From contig NC_058368.1 in assembly GCF_018350175.1 (NCBI RefSeq), positions 213,282,001 to 213,346,000 of the forward strand: a stretch of DNA of 64,000 nucleotides. The letters run 5' to 3'. The stretch is from Felis catus (lineage: Eukaryota). Every line of letters begins with the position of its first letter. Positions within the stretch are counted from its first letter, which is position 1. Shown one piece after another: positions 12,521 to 24,550 of this stretch. The position numbers were made by a program, and so were the translations under genes. A model generated the notes under the pieces. It did not search any database, was not told the DNA's origin, and saw only the letters and a program-made list of their open reading frames with translations.

Positions 12521-13414
12521 CCACATCTGTATCCTTATTGTAGTGCAGGCACCGAGAGAAGTTTGGAGAAACAAGGGGGAAAACAAAAATTATTCGTACA
12601 ATGCTGTATTAATAATACGGCTTTCTGCTGTAAAAAAAGGTACATTTCGTTCCCACCTAATGTGTGGGTGCAAATACATTTTCCCCTTCAGATTTTCTAT
12701 TTTAGTGGAGAAAACAAGTGTATTAAATGTCCATTTTAGAGCATGGAGCGACTTTGAGGAAATAAAATGTCTGTGTTTTGTCTTTTTAGCATTTTGGTGC
12801 CAAATGCGATTGAGAGAAATTGTGTTTTGGAACCTTTAGGGATGTTGGCTCTTGGAATTTGCCCTTCTGGCTGGATGAAATTAAGCTGAGAATAACAACT
12901 TCAGTTTTTGACTCCAGGCCCTCGCAAACAGTGAAGGGTTGATGTGAAGCATTTTGGTATATATAAGCATTCCGGCCTGATGAGAGCTTGGTTGTGGGAT
13001 CGCCCTCCACACGCCCCTGTTCTTTTCAAGATCAGCGATCTTCTGGCAGGACCCATTTTCTGCCTTTCCTGAGGTGCCCTGGGTCGATCACACATTTGAG
13101 AAGATGGGCACCTTAAATATGAACTTGGTAAGAAACTAGAGAATTTACTTTTTGAGAATTAATGGAATGAAAACAAGCAGGCTGCTTTTCAGCCTCTCAG
13201 CAGATTCTCAGGAGTGTTAGCTGACTTTAGCTTTCACATGCTTTTGTCCTGTATGTCCTGTACGGTGAAGTGCAGTTCTCTTAAGGGAGTTTTTCTAACT
13301 TGTCCTAATCAGTTTTGTAATAGGAGACTAGTTTCCTACTGTAGGCAGTGGATATTACAGCTGTTCTCCCTTTTGTAGGAGGAAACTGGAGACCATGTTT
13401 GTTAGAAGCAGTAC

Positions 13415-13642
13415 TCAGCAGTGAAGAATGTAGGCTCTGGAGCTTGTTGGGGGTTGGGCTGTATCCTTGCTTAGTGACTTACTTCCTATAAAAGGAAATT
13501 TCCTGAACCTCTTTAAGCCACAGTTTCATCTTTAAATGGAGGTAATACTAGTGCTCATACCTCTGTATGAGGATTAATGAGATACTAATGAAGAGCACTT
13601 ACCTGGCACATAATAGAAGCTTAATAAATGTTGGTTATTATC
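13415..13642 (+). mobile_element. MIR
   Basis: aacctctttaagccacagtttcatctttaaatggagg...cctggcacataatagaagcttaataaatg. Confidence 0.8.
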
Positions 13643-13856
13643 GTTATAGTCAATGTGTGCAGTTGACATAAAATGATTAGCACTTTCATTTCCCCAGGCA
13701 TTTGATGGGAGGAGGTGGGTTCACCCCAGGAAGTTGGGGGAGCAGAGAACAGTTGTTTAGGGAAAGTGAGTTTTCGGCAGGACAGAATCCTAAAAGGTGT
13801 CTCCTGATTGTTTTGTTTATGGAATGTAAAGAAAGAATTTGACCATTTCAGGAATT

Positions 13857-14090
13857 TTTTTTTTTTATTTTTTTTTTAAAATTTTTTTTAACATTTATTT
13901 ATTTTTGAGATAGGGAGAGACAGAGCATGAACAGGGGAGGGTCAGATAGAGGGAGACACAGAATCTGAAACAGGCTCCAGGCTCTGAGCTGGCAGCACAG
14001 AGCCCGACGCGGGGCTCGAACTCACGGACCGTGAGATCATGACCTGAGCCGAAGTCGGCCGCTTAACCGACTGAGCCACCCAGGCGCCCC
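13857..14090 (-). mobile_element. Young full-length SINEC_Fc-type SINE
   Basis: Many intact CpGs, long T-tail, perfect 14-bp TSD ccatttcaggaatt (13843-13856, 14091-14104). Confidence 0.95.
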
Positions 14091-14419
14091 CCATTTCAGG
14101 AATTGATGTAGGTAGTTTTAAGTAGTATAAATTCTTTATCATCGGAAGATGCTACTTTTGGAGACAAAACAATAGGGTAGCCCTCTCCAAGCTGGCTGCA
14201 GTGTTTGAACTGAATTCCAGGCACTAGTCAAGATGATCACTAGTTTTCTAACAGGTGATTGAATTTAATGAATCGTTTTGCTCTGTCCTCAGAGAAAGAT
14301 GATAGACCTGTCAAAAATAATAGTGCTTTCATTTAGTTCTGTGCCAATAACAGACGATGAAAACTCCATGAGAATTTCTAAATTACCAAAACACTCGTAG
14401 CATTTACATATGCAATATA

Positions 14420-14600
14420 GTCCCTCTTGCACAACATAGAGCAATGCATCAGAATCATCTGGGGAGCTTTTTGCACAACCAAAGGCCCAGTTGCATCCCC
14501 TGCACTCTGATTTTTTACACTCGTGGTGAGGCCTGAGCACCTAAAGAGGTAACAAGATCCACAGGTGATGGAACACTCCCCACATGTAAGAAGCACTGCC
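14420..14600. mobile_element. MER5-like hAT-Charlie fossil
   Basis: gcatcagaatcatctggggagcttttt...aagaagcactg. Confidence 0.6.
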
Positions 14601-15336
14601 TCAGAAGGATTTATTAGCATCTTCTGGGATGTAAACTGTGGGCATCTCTAAAATACATCACACTCAGAGTGGTGTATTTTCTGAAACAGCTCTTTCTCTG
14701 AAACAGCTGTGACTTTCTTCTTCAGCCTTAAGATAGGCTGTCTTGCTTCTTCCTGCCTCGGCTGTTCCCCAAGTTTCTTGTAATGCTTATTTCAACCTGA
14801 ATTAACAATTTTAGAAAACTCCTACCACCCAGAGCCTTATGCCAAAAAACAAAACAAATTCCAGTTTTCTTTGTTGACAAAGTTGGTTGTGTCTTATAGA
14901 ATTTTCCACAGTTAAGATTTGAGTTGTTGCATCCCCATGGTGTCATTTAACATGTTTCTCCTGTCCCAGTGTTTCTTATAAATTGGTAGATTGACATAGG
15001 AAGTCAAGCTGATTGAAGTTAGATATTTTGGCAAGAATACTTAATAGATGGTGTGGTAGATTGCTTTAGGAGACTCACCAGGCCTCTCTTGTTGTTATGT
15101 TAACAGCCACTTATGACTGTTGCTTTGTTCCATTAATTCATTAAGGATTGCTAATTATGTTTGAATACCCAATAAACAGTGAACCCAACATGAAGGCATT
15201 TGGAGATATTTTCATTGAGAAACAGTGACATAAAACCTGGCTTTGATTCCTTATCAGAAGTGATTATATCCCATGGCAGTGCCTTGTGGTTTTAGGTTAT
15301 TTATTTATTTTATTATTTATTAATAAATAAATAATT

Positions 15337-15537
15337 GGAGCGCCTGGGTGGCTCAGTCGGTTGAGCATCCGACTTCTGCTTAGGTCATGATCTCGTGGTC
15401 TGTGAGTTGAAGCCCCGTGTCGGGCTCTGTGCTGACAGCTCAGAGCCTGGAGTCTGCTTCAGATTCTGTGTCTCCCTCTCTCTCTGCCCATCCCCAGCTT
15501 GTGCTGTCTCAAAAATAAATGTTTAAGAAAAGTTTAA
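15337..15537 (+). mobile_element. SINEC_Fc-type SINE (nested cluster, element 1)
   Basis: ggagcgcctgggtggctcagtcggttgag head through aaaaataaat. Confidence 0.92.
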
Positions 15538-15538
15538 A

Positions 15539-15770
15539 GGGGCACCTGGGTGGCTCAGTCCGTTGAGCGTCCGACTTCGGCTCGGGTCATGATCTCACCT
15601 TTCGTAGGTTCGAGTTCCACATCTGGCTCTGTGCTGACAGTTCAGAGCCTGGAGCCTGCTTCTGATTCTGTGTCTTGCTCTCTCTCTGCCTCTCCCCCAC
15701 TCATGCTCTGTCTCTCTCTCTCTCGAAAATAAAGATAAACATTAAAAAAAATTAAAAAGTTAAAAAAATA
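15539..15770 (+). mobile_element. SINEC_Fc-type SINE (nested cluster, element 2)
   Basis: ggggcacctgggtggctcagtc head, (CT)n, A-tail. Confidence 0.92.
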
Positions 15771-15799
15771 ATTTATTATTTAAAGGTTATTATCAATCT

Positions 15800-16038
15800 A
15801 TTTATTTTTTAAGTTTATTCATTTTGAGAGAGAGCATGAGCAGGGGAGGGGTGTGTGTGTGTGTAGACGGGGGCGGGTGGGGGGGTGGGTAGGGAGAGGA
15901 AAAGAGAGAGAGAGACCCAAGCAGGCTCTGCAGGGTCAGTGCAGAGCCTGACAATGGGGCTCAAACTCACAAAACTTCGGGATCATGACAACTGAAATCA
16001 AGAGTCAGATGCTTAACCAACTGAGCCACCCAGGTGCC
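15800..16038 (-). mobile_element. Can-SINE (host of the nested cluster) with a G-rich/(TG)n insert
   Basis: TSD gtggttttaggt at 15286-15297 and 16039-16050 brackets all three SINEs. Confidence 0.88.
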
Positions 16039-16574
16039 GTGGTTTTAGGTAATTTAGAATGTTCCCATCTGCCTTTACTGGGTCTTGGTATGCTACAGAG
16101 TAGATGGGTCGAGTACTGACTTGATACATTCATATTTTCCTGTTCTTCAAACCCTTTACATATATCTATTATCTCTCAAGAACACACAGTCATCTTTTGT
16201 TTTCGATCCTTGATTCTCACTGGAGGAAGAGAGGAGCCATGTTGTGAAATGTCTTCCATTCCCTCTCTGACTCTGTGTTTGAGCTGCCTTACTTTCTGTG
16301 TAACAGTTGTTCCTTTAGGTAGGGAGTGCTCATCCCTGCCCCTCCACTGGGGGCAACTAATAGTTGTCAATCCTAAATAGGTTAGTGCACTGGACTAATT
16401 TGCTGGAATTTTCTGTCTTTTTGTTAAAAATACATTTTTAAAAAGTAACTAGCTTGTCAAAAAATTCCTGAGGGTATGTGACATTTTAGTGTGTATTCTG
16501 AAAACATGGCTTTATGTTACTCATTTTGAGCCCTTAAACAAAGAAAAATATTACCCTTTGCTCTTCTCTTTTAG

Positions 16575-16635
16575 GAAATTCACACAAACGAGAAGGAAGT
16601 AACAGAGAAGGAAGTCACTCTTCACTTGTTGCCAG
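16575..16635 (+). CDS. MTMR12: MTMR12 exon 2 (61 nt): EIHTNEKEVTEKEVTLHLLP(G)
   Basis: Acceptor ctcttttag|GAA, donor CCAG|gtaacg; phase 0 to 1. Confidence 0.95.
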
Positions 16636-19230
16636 GTAACGGTCGTTTAGCATCAGACCTCATGTGCCACTCAAAGCCAGTGATAAATTATGTCATCCCT
16701 GGTATTGCTTTATATAAACTCCTTTGTTTTCATCCAGAAGGCATATAACAGGAATGAGTTGGACAAAAATATCAAGGTCTTTAGTTCAATCACTACATAT
16801 TAGGTCTGAGTATTATAACATCTGCCAAGAATTTTTGTTTTCCCCTCCCCACAAGTTGATGAAAATCAACCTGGCAAATTCACCTCCTTCACAAGCAAAT
16901 GAAGCCTTTTTTGCGTCACTGTACTTGGACACATCCAGGATTCTGGTCTTCAGTCAGGAAAATTCTGGTCCTCTCTAGAGCCCTACATCCCACTTCCCCG
17001 TGCAGCTGCCCTAGACAAGCACGGCTGCCCAGGCTCCCCCGGCAGCGTTGGTGGGTGGCCTCACCTGTGGTCTTCTGCATCTGAGCATAAGTGCCAGGCA
17101 GGCTGTGGTTTACTAACCTTGGGACTGCCAGGGCTTTGCTCTGAGGTCATCACTGAGGAGTCTGGATTGGTTGGACATTTTTGAGATGGAAGAGAGTGAC
17201 TCTATACCTTCAGTCAAGCTTTAATCATTTCTGAATTCAGAAACGGAAACTACTTGGTGGTCTGTCCCCTTCCATATGTGGGGCTGTCCTGGGAACTGTG
17301 CATTAAGTTCTTCCATTTTCTTTTTTCTAATCCCAGTAGCCTTTTTTTTTGTGAGTTTTTGTTTTTAGGTATATTTCCCCCCAAACAGTAGAGGCCTCAT
17401 TCTGGTACTGTTTACCTTATTCCAGTTTATTGGGAGGATATGATTACACACAAGTTTCTGACTGATCCACCTTATTTGGTAAATATATTGGGGTCCTGAA
17501 ACTTAAAAAAAAAAATGTCTAAGTTTCAAAGGTTTGTATGTTTTTTTGTTTATTTTTTTTTTACAATAATGGCCTAAACCTTAATCCATATACCACATTT
17601 TCCTTCCTTTTCTTGGGTTATAGATTCTGATATTAACTTTCATTTTTAGCTCAGTGCTACGTGCATTCGCCCATCCCCTGGAGTACCTCAGGTCTCTTCT
17701 AGATGCGCAGCCTCCATTTCTTAGACCAGACCATGAGCTTTTCCAGCTCCCACCTCCCACGATTCGAGACTTTATCTGCACACGCAAGCTGGTGGCTGTG
17801 GCACAGCATGTGCCTTGCTGACAGACTAGCACATCGCTGGGTGTTGTGTTAGCTGCTGTGTGCCCATGTCTCGTCTCCAGGGCGCGGCCACTGACTGACA
17901 CAGCCTGCCTGGTCTCGGGGATACACTCACACTTAAAAGCTGTTTCACACTAGGAGTTGAAAAAGCACAGGAAGCTTTGCTCATATATTTTCCACCTTGA
18001 ACCAGCTGAGGCGCTTTTTCTGGGACTGTTTTAAACCATAACGAGGCCCCAGCTTCATTGTTTTCTTCAAGCTCTGTGGTCTCAGTAGAGGCCGACCTAG
18101 TGACTGAGCCATCTATTTGTATTTCCTTAGGAATTAACCCCTTGGGAGGTGGAAAAATATACCATAATATGTGTCCCTTGATTGTCTGAGTGTCTGAAAG
18201 CCTTCTTTATTTTCATGTTGCAAGTTAGACCAAGTGAATTTTGAGCCAAAAAGTAAATTTAAAGTCATTGAGGAGAATATCCAGAGGGAGATTCTGAGGG
18301 TCTGAGATGGTTGTCTGTTGAAGGGGAAGAAAATGCCTTTTCTTTTTTGTTCTAAAATATTTGCACTTGATTTTTTATTTCTTCCATATCCTTTTCCTTT
18401 TCCTTTTCCTGCTCTCACCCACATGTCCAGCCCTCATGAACTTCTCTTCCATGGAGCAGAGAATGCTTACCTATCCCTAAATCCTAATCTTTCTGACTGT
18501 AAAGAGAAGAACTCTCTATCTGCAGGAAATACAGCTTCTCATGCAGGCGGGGTGCGTGCAGATAGAGCAGGAAAGGCGACACACTGAGAGGAAATACTCT
18601 CAACTAAGAAAGAGAGGAAACAATTTTTTTCCCACAAACCTCTGACCTCCCTTTTCCTCCCATCCTTCTCTGTGAAGCCAGAATGAATGTGATCAAGCTG
18701 CACCTCTGTGTCTGAGGAAGCCACCTGCGAGCCCTTTGGCCAGGGAGGCACCCGCCATCTTTCAGTGATTGCAGAGTGAGAGATGGCCCACTCTCACCGC
18801 AAAGTGGGCTTGAGCTCTACGTTCCAGAGCCTTTCTGATTTCATTCATTTAGGGTCATTTTCATTCATTTCTATACCACACCTACCTGCTTGGGCCCAAG
18901 TAATAGGAACACTGAGGTCTGTACTTGCAAGTGTAGCTGAGATCATTTCCACCTATTGGACACTTTCCTGGTTCACAGTGAAAAGGTAGAGAAATGCCCT
19001 GTGTGAAGGTGTATCAGCCATTTTGCATTCACTTATGAGTGGTCCCTGCTCTGCTTCATCTCCACACCTAAGGTTTGCCGCTCCCGCTGTGCTAGAAAGC
19101 GTAGAGTTCTGAAGGGCTGTAGTGTAGTGTGTGTTTGTCTTTCCCGGGAATGGAGCTGGGGAGGCTTTTACTGTTTGCATACCGTATGTTCCCTGAGGAC
19201 TCTGAGGAGGGCTTGTTTGGTTTCGATCAG

Positions 19231-19373
19231 GTGAACAGCTGCTTTGTGAAGCCAGCACGGTGCTGAAGTATGTCCAGGAAGATTCCTGTCAGCGTGGGAT
19301 CTATGGGAAACTTGTCTGCACGGACTTCAAGATTGCTTTCTTGGGCGATGATGACTCTGCATTGGATAATGAT
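19231..19373 (+). CDS. MTMR12: MTMR12 exon 3 (143 nt): GEQLLCEASTVLKYVQEDSCQRGIYGKLVCTDFKIAFLGDDDSALDND (PH-GRAM region)
   Basis: Acceptor gatcag|GT, donor GAT|gtatgt; overlaps ORF 19260..19490; in frame with exons 2 and 4. Confidence 0.96.
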
Positions 19374-20269
19374 GTATGTATGAGCTGCGTTTGGCTCAGT
19401 TTGTGGGGAGCAATAAAATTGTGGCCCCATTGTCTTTTTTCCCAGCTCCTCAATTCCCTACCACGCTCACCACCCTCACAACACACATGAAACACCAACG
19501 ACAGAGGTCCTCAACACCAGAATGTCGTCTGTCCTTTGGAACCTCTTTTCAGTTGTAGGGCCATTCTAAGTGCCCCAGGTCATGCTGGCTTGCATCTGAC
19601 TTCATAGGTTGACACCATCAACTTTTTCTTACTTTCTTCTGTATTTCAGCACAGTATGTATCACTCATTGGAATCACTAATCTCCCCTAATACTAGTTCC
19701 CCGTGTTTTCTCTGTACTAAGCTGTCCCTCAAATTCAAGAACTGAGTTCGATTATGAAACTGATGCTTGCAGCACTTGAATTCGGGTTTCCTTTGCCCTG
19801 AGTAGCAGTGCCCTTGTAAGACCTGGAGAATGGGCAGTGGAGTGAAGGAGAGGCCTGCCCACGCCACTCAGAGAGCGCTGTACGTTGATGCAAACCCAGC
19901 TGTCCCAGCCCACCCTGGCTGTCTTGGAGTGTGGGCTTCTGTGCTGCTGTCTGCTCTAGTGGCTTGGCTCCTTGTCCTGTGCAAATAAAGACAGCATTCA
20001 CAGATACTTGAATCTCCCAGCGTTTGCTTCCTAAACCTGGCTTCCCGTAGCTCTGTCACTCACCTGTTTGCATTTGTGAGGACTCTAACCTCCCAGAGTG
20101 ATTGTGTGTGGCACGGCCGGTTAGCCTGGGAGCAGCCCAGGAATGGCATGTTGTGCCTGGCTTTGAAAACAAGGTGCTTACCAGCTTTCCTTGCACACTT
20201 CGTCATCTCTTACTCGGGGAATGTGCCTCCATCTCCCTGTTTGTTTTTTAGAGCGTACACTCTATTTTT

Positions 20270-20590
20270 CCTCAGTTTTATTGAGATATAAATAATAACA
20301 TTGCATTAGCTTAAGGAGTATAACAGAATGATTTGATAGATGTATATCAATATATGTATATATTGCACAATGATCACCAAAGTAGGTTTAGTTAACATCT
20401 GTCATTTCCTATAGTTACCAATTTGTTTTCCTTGTGATGAGAACTTTTAAAATTACTCTCTTAGAAACTTTCAAATATATAATACAGTATTATTAACTAT
20501 AATCACCATGCTGTGCATTACATCCCACGATTTATCTCATAACTGGAAGTTAGTACCTTTGGACCACTCTCACCCATTCTTCCATCCCCT
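20270..20590 (-). mobile_element. L1 3'-end fragment
   Basis: gttttattgagatata...cttgtgatgagaacttttaaaattactctcttagaaactttcaaatatataatacagtattattaactataatcaccatgctg. Confidence 0.85.
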
Positions 20591-20696
20591 CTCTGGTTTT
20601 TTTAATGTGCAGTTGGAAATCGGTGATTTGCTCTGCCTTTAAATGTTTAATAGGGCACAGAAAAGAGTCACAGTTGTTTCCTTTTTAATCTTTTAG

Positions 20697-20769
20697 GAAA
20701 CCCAATTTAAGAATAAGGTTATAGGAGAAAATGACATAACACTCCACTGTGTTGATCAGATTTATGGAG
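20697..20769 (+). CDS. MTMR12: MTMR12 exon 4 (73 nt): ETQFKNKVIGENDITLHCVDQIYG(V)
   Basis: Acceptor ttttag|GAA, donor GAG|gtaagt. Confidence 0.96.
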
Positions 20770-20996
20770 GTAAGTATCTTTTCCCCTGGGGTGTTGCCAG
20801 CCTTTGAAAGTATAGCTGATAATGACAATATTTTTATGGTCCTTTACAGTTTACTAAAATTTCTTTACATATTTATTTTGTTTAAATCAGTTCTATGGAT
20901 GATAAAATTGAGATGTATAGTGGCTTGTTTGGGGTCACTTAGCTGGGGGAACTTGGACTTGAACTTGGAACCTATTCTGAGACTCCACAGTGCCAT

Positions 20997-21197
20997 TAAG
21001 TGTTTGTTTATTTTGAGAGTGAGAGAGAACATGCATGCGTGAGCCAGGAGGGGCAGAGAGAGAGGGAGAGAGAATCCTAAGCAGGTTCCACCCCCAGGGC
21101 GGAGCCTGACATGGGGCTCCATCTCACGATCGTGAGATCACTACCTGAGCCGAAATCAGGAGTTGGATGCTTAACCGGCTGAGCCACCCAGGTGCCC
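20997..21197 (-). mobile_element. Can-SINE
   Basis: Reverse head ...ctgagccacccaggtgccc. Confidence 0.9.
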
Positions 21198-21750
21198 AGA
21201 CAGGGCCACTATATGCTAGATCACACTTGTGGCTGTCCATGTTAGCTGTGTAGGTTTTACTGTATACTAATGTTTTACTAATCTGAGAAAGACTTGTACT
21301 CCATGTCTTTTCTGCTAAGGGTCAAGCTTCTCTGTGCTTCACTTCTCTATTTTTTCAGTCAGGGCTTTTTCAGAAATCATTCAGTAGCTGTTTAGATCCC
21401 AACACCAGTAGGTGCAGCCTGGTCCGAACTCCGGGACAGGGAGGGGCCCCTGGCCATAAACCCAGGAGTTGACTGTCCTGAAAGCATGTCCCTAGTGACT
21501 CCCTTTCATTTTTTGTAATGTTAGCTTTTGGAGTCAGTTTTGCCGATAGTAGCCAGTTCATTTTGGTCTCGTGCAGAGGAACGAAGAGCCTTGCACATTC
21601 TCAGAGCCGGGCCCTTGCTCACAATTACTTAGAAGACAGCACCTTTCCCTCTTACTTTTGAGAGGCCCTAATAGTCTTTCTTGTTTCCTTAGCATTGACT
21701 TTTTGCCTTCTAACATGATTTCCCTTCCTGATTTCATCGTTGATGTGTAG

Positions 21751-21881
21751 TGTTTGATGAGAAAAAAAAAACTCTCTTTGGACAACTGAAGAAATACCCC
21801 GAGAAACTCATCATCCACTGCAAAGACCTCCGCGTATTCCACTTCTGTCTGAGGTACACAAAAGAAGAGGAAGTCAAAAGG
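21751..21881 (+). CDS. MTMR12: MTMR12 exon 5 (131 nt): VFDEKKKTLFGQLKKYPEKLIIHCKDLRVFHFCLRYTKEEEVKR
   Basis: Acceptor gtgtag|TG, donor AGG|gtaact; contains the GRAM-type CKDLR motif. Confidence 0.96.
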
Positions 21882-23139
21882 GTAACTAGTTGCATGTATT
21901 TTTAGGTTTTCTTTCCCATCAGGTTTTACCCTCTTATTTTTGGCTTATATTGTATGATGGTGGAGGGGGGAACATGCCTGTCTGCAAAGTGAAATTGGTT
22001 ATAATCCTATATGCTTTGATTAGAATTGAGAGAGAATTGGGGAAAACTTGTCTATTATGTTGGCACCCATTTACCTTTAATTCTTCAGTTCGTAATGTTT
22101 TGATTCCTGGAAACTGAAGAGTGGGAGGTGGGAAACCAGGGTCAGGAGGCAACCTTCTTCTCCCACACCTGACAGTCTTTCCAAAAAGTAGTAGCAGGGA
22201 CCCCCAGCTCCTGGAATGGATGAGTTCGTACCTGGGAGGTAGTAGAAGTATGCGGGAGGGAGGAAGTGGTATAGGGTCGGATGGGCAAAGCTGAGTTACC
22301 AAATGAGGCCTGTGATTTTGGACATTAAGGAAACTTAATCTGGTTGCTGCAGCAAATTGAAATATATAACTATATGAACTGGTTACAGGGGTCACTGTAA
22401 CTTCCAAGATTTGTCTTACTGAGGTATCAAAGGTCTCAAACTTGCCACTGTAATGGTAAATATGTCAGGGGAGACCTGGTGGGGGGTGCAGCTCACCTGT
22501 TGTTTCTGGTTACACTTGAGTTGTGCACACTTACAAGTAAATCCTTGGTTTTCTTTTAGGGAGTGTGAGAGTTCAGTTAGAACAATAAGCATGACTCTGG
22601 TATCTATTCTGAGCAGGAAATGAGTGGTGCAGACAGGGAAAAGTCCCAGAGAAGCCAGAAACTTCATTTTGAATGATGATGTTAGTCATCTGTCCAAACA
22701 TACTTTAGTTTGCAACTTCAAACAAAAAGCACAATGGATTGATTTCTTTTTCTGATCTTCTAGAAGAAGGTTGTAAAGGCCACAAGTGGATCAGAATAGC
22801 TAAATATCTTGGTTATTGTCTGATATTAGCCCTCTGTCTCTGATGTGTCAGATTTTTAGAATATCTGAATATGGCACTTAAGCTTCTGTAGCACCTTGAT
22901 TTTGAGAAATTAGATGGTTTTTAAAAATTTCCCTAGAAATTCAAAGCTCTTAGAAAACCTGACAAAATTGTTAACATTCCATTTATTTGGCATTATTCCA
23001 AAAGATAAGATCATAGAGACCTCAACAAGAGTTTGTGTTTGTGTGCTGCCCAGAGGAGCCTATTAGCATGACTGAAAACCTAGACTCAGTGTTTATCTGC
23101 CAAAAGCATGACTATACCCATTGTTTGGTTCTTTTCTAG

Positions 23140-23233
23140 ATTGTCAGTGGCATAATCCATCACACCCAGGCTCCCAAACTGCTTAAGCGATTGTTTCTGT
23201 TTTCCTATGCTGCTGCTGCACAAAACCATGCAG
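23140..23233 (+). CDS. MTMR12: MTMR12 exon 6 (94 nt): IVSGIIHHTQAPKLLKRLFLFSYAAAAQNHA
   Basis: Acceptor ttttctag|ATT, donor CAG|gtgagt. Confidence 0.96.
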
Positions 23234-24019
23234 GTGAGTGTCTTCTGGGCTGTAATTTGCAGGCAGACCCTTTCAATTCCTACAGAAACTAGCAGGAGAA
23301 AACCCATCCATGAGCTTTTTCCTCTCTCCCAGCAACTGGTTGCCTCTTGCTTGGGTGATTCATTCAAGATTCTTATTAAAAAAAAGAAAAGAAAAGAAAA
23401 AAACTTTTTTCTTTTTTCCTGCGATCTTTGTTGCTTTAACTTATCTTTTAGGTTTATTTGCTTTTTGTGAGGGATTATTGGCTTGATTATTTCTTACGAA
23501 AGATAAAATCAACGTATTATAACTGGGAATGTGAGACTATAGAGAAGCAAAATTCAGATAAGTTTAAAATAATCCTGTTTGTTCCTGGGTTCTTTTTTTT
23601 TTCACTTTAATGTACTTGATCTCATTTCATAACACTCAAGAGAATGTTTTGCATTCTAGAAAGCCTTTAAACAACCAGAATGTGCTCTGTAGCAGATATT
23701 TTGGGGGAAATGGAATAGTTGTACATAAGGGAGCACATCAGAAAACAAGTGTGCTTACAGAACTTAAAATCCGAAGTGTTTGCCCTTCAGTTCAGGGAAC
23801 AGTCCTTTACTAAGAAACTTCAGTCATCTGAATTAGCTATCAGTAATGCCCAGCACTGTTCAGTGTTTCCTCAGATGCCTGTCTGTACCTTCCCTCCATC
23901 TCTCTCCTCGGTCCGTGCACTCACTCTGCCCGTCACCTGTAAGGTCACATTGATGTCAAGTGACTCTGGGTGTTACATGCTTTTCGTCAGAGAGGTGGCA
24001 TGCTGGAGTACAAAGTTGA

Positions 24020-24550
24020 ACTGCTCATTTGGTCGGCATTTTTTGAACGCTTGCTGTGGGTCAGGACTGTGGGGATGGATGTGAATACAACTAAATCCCT
24101 ATCCTCTGAGCATCAAGTCAAGCAGAGGCAGCGGAGAGCTGTGTCCTCTGGTGGAAGGGCCTGCCAGGGACACAGGGCACGGGGGGTGCCTGAGCAGATA
24201 GTGGAGGTATGGGAGTGTCTGGTGGGCGAGGAGGAGTATTTTAGGCAGAGGGATTAGCACGTGCAGAGATGTAGATATCTGAAAGAGCAGGTTGCCTTTT
24301 GGGAACTCTGGTGACCTAGTAGAAGAGCTGTGAATTTTGGGGTCTGTCCCACCTGAATTCAAATCCTTGCCCAGCTGCTCAGTAGCTGTGTGATCCTGGG
24401 GATGACACTAAACTCTTGGGGCATCTGTTTTCTCATTTTCAAAACAGCATTCATGCCTCTGATGAAGTGTCGTGAAGATTGTAAATTGTTAAATGTGTGG
24501 CATATAAGGTGCAGTAAGTTAAAGAGGGTTAATTGAAAGTGTAACTGCAT
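24020..24550. mobile_element. L2 fragment followed by MIR (24320-24550)
   Basis: ttaggcagagggattagcacgtgcagag (L2-like); ctgtgtgatcctggg...ctgttttctcattttcaaaac (MIR core). Confidence 0.6.

Noticed and set aside
13990..14090. tRNA-like A/B-box sequences
   Set aside because: They are heads of tRNA-derived SINEs followed by (CT)n and A-tails, not tRNA genes.
1..16574. MTMR12 exon 1 or promoter
   Set aside because: No Gly-rich MLGKG... coding segment or CpG island found; presumed upstream of the window.
21934..22407. 157-aa minus-strand ORF
   Set aside because: Non-ATG start, intronic antisense position and no recognisable homology.
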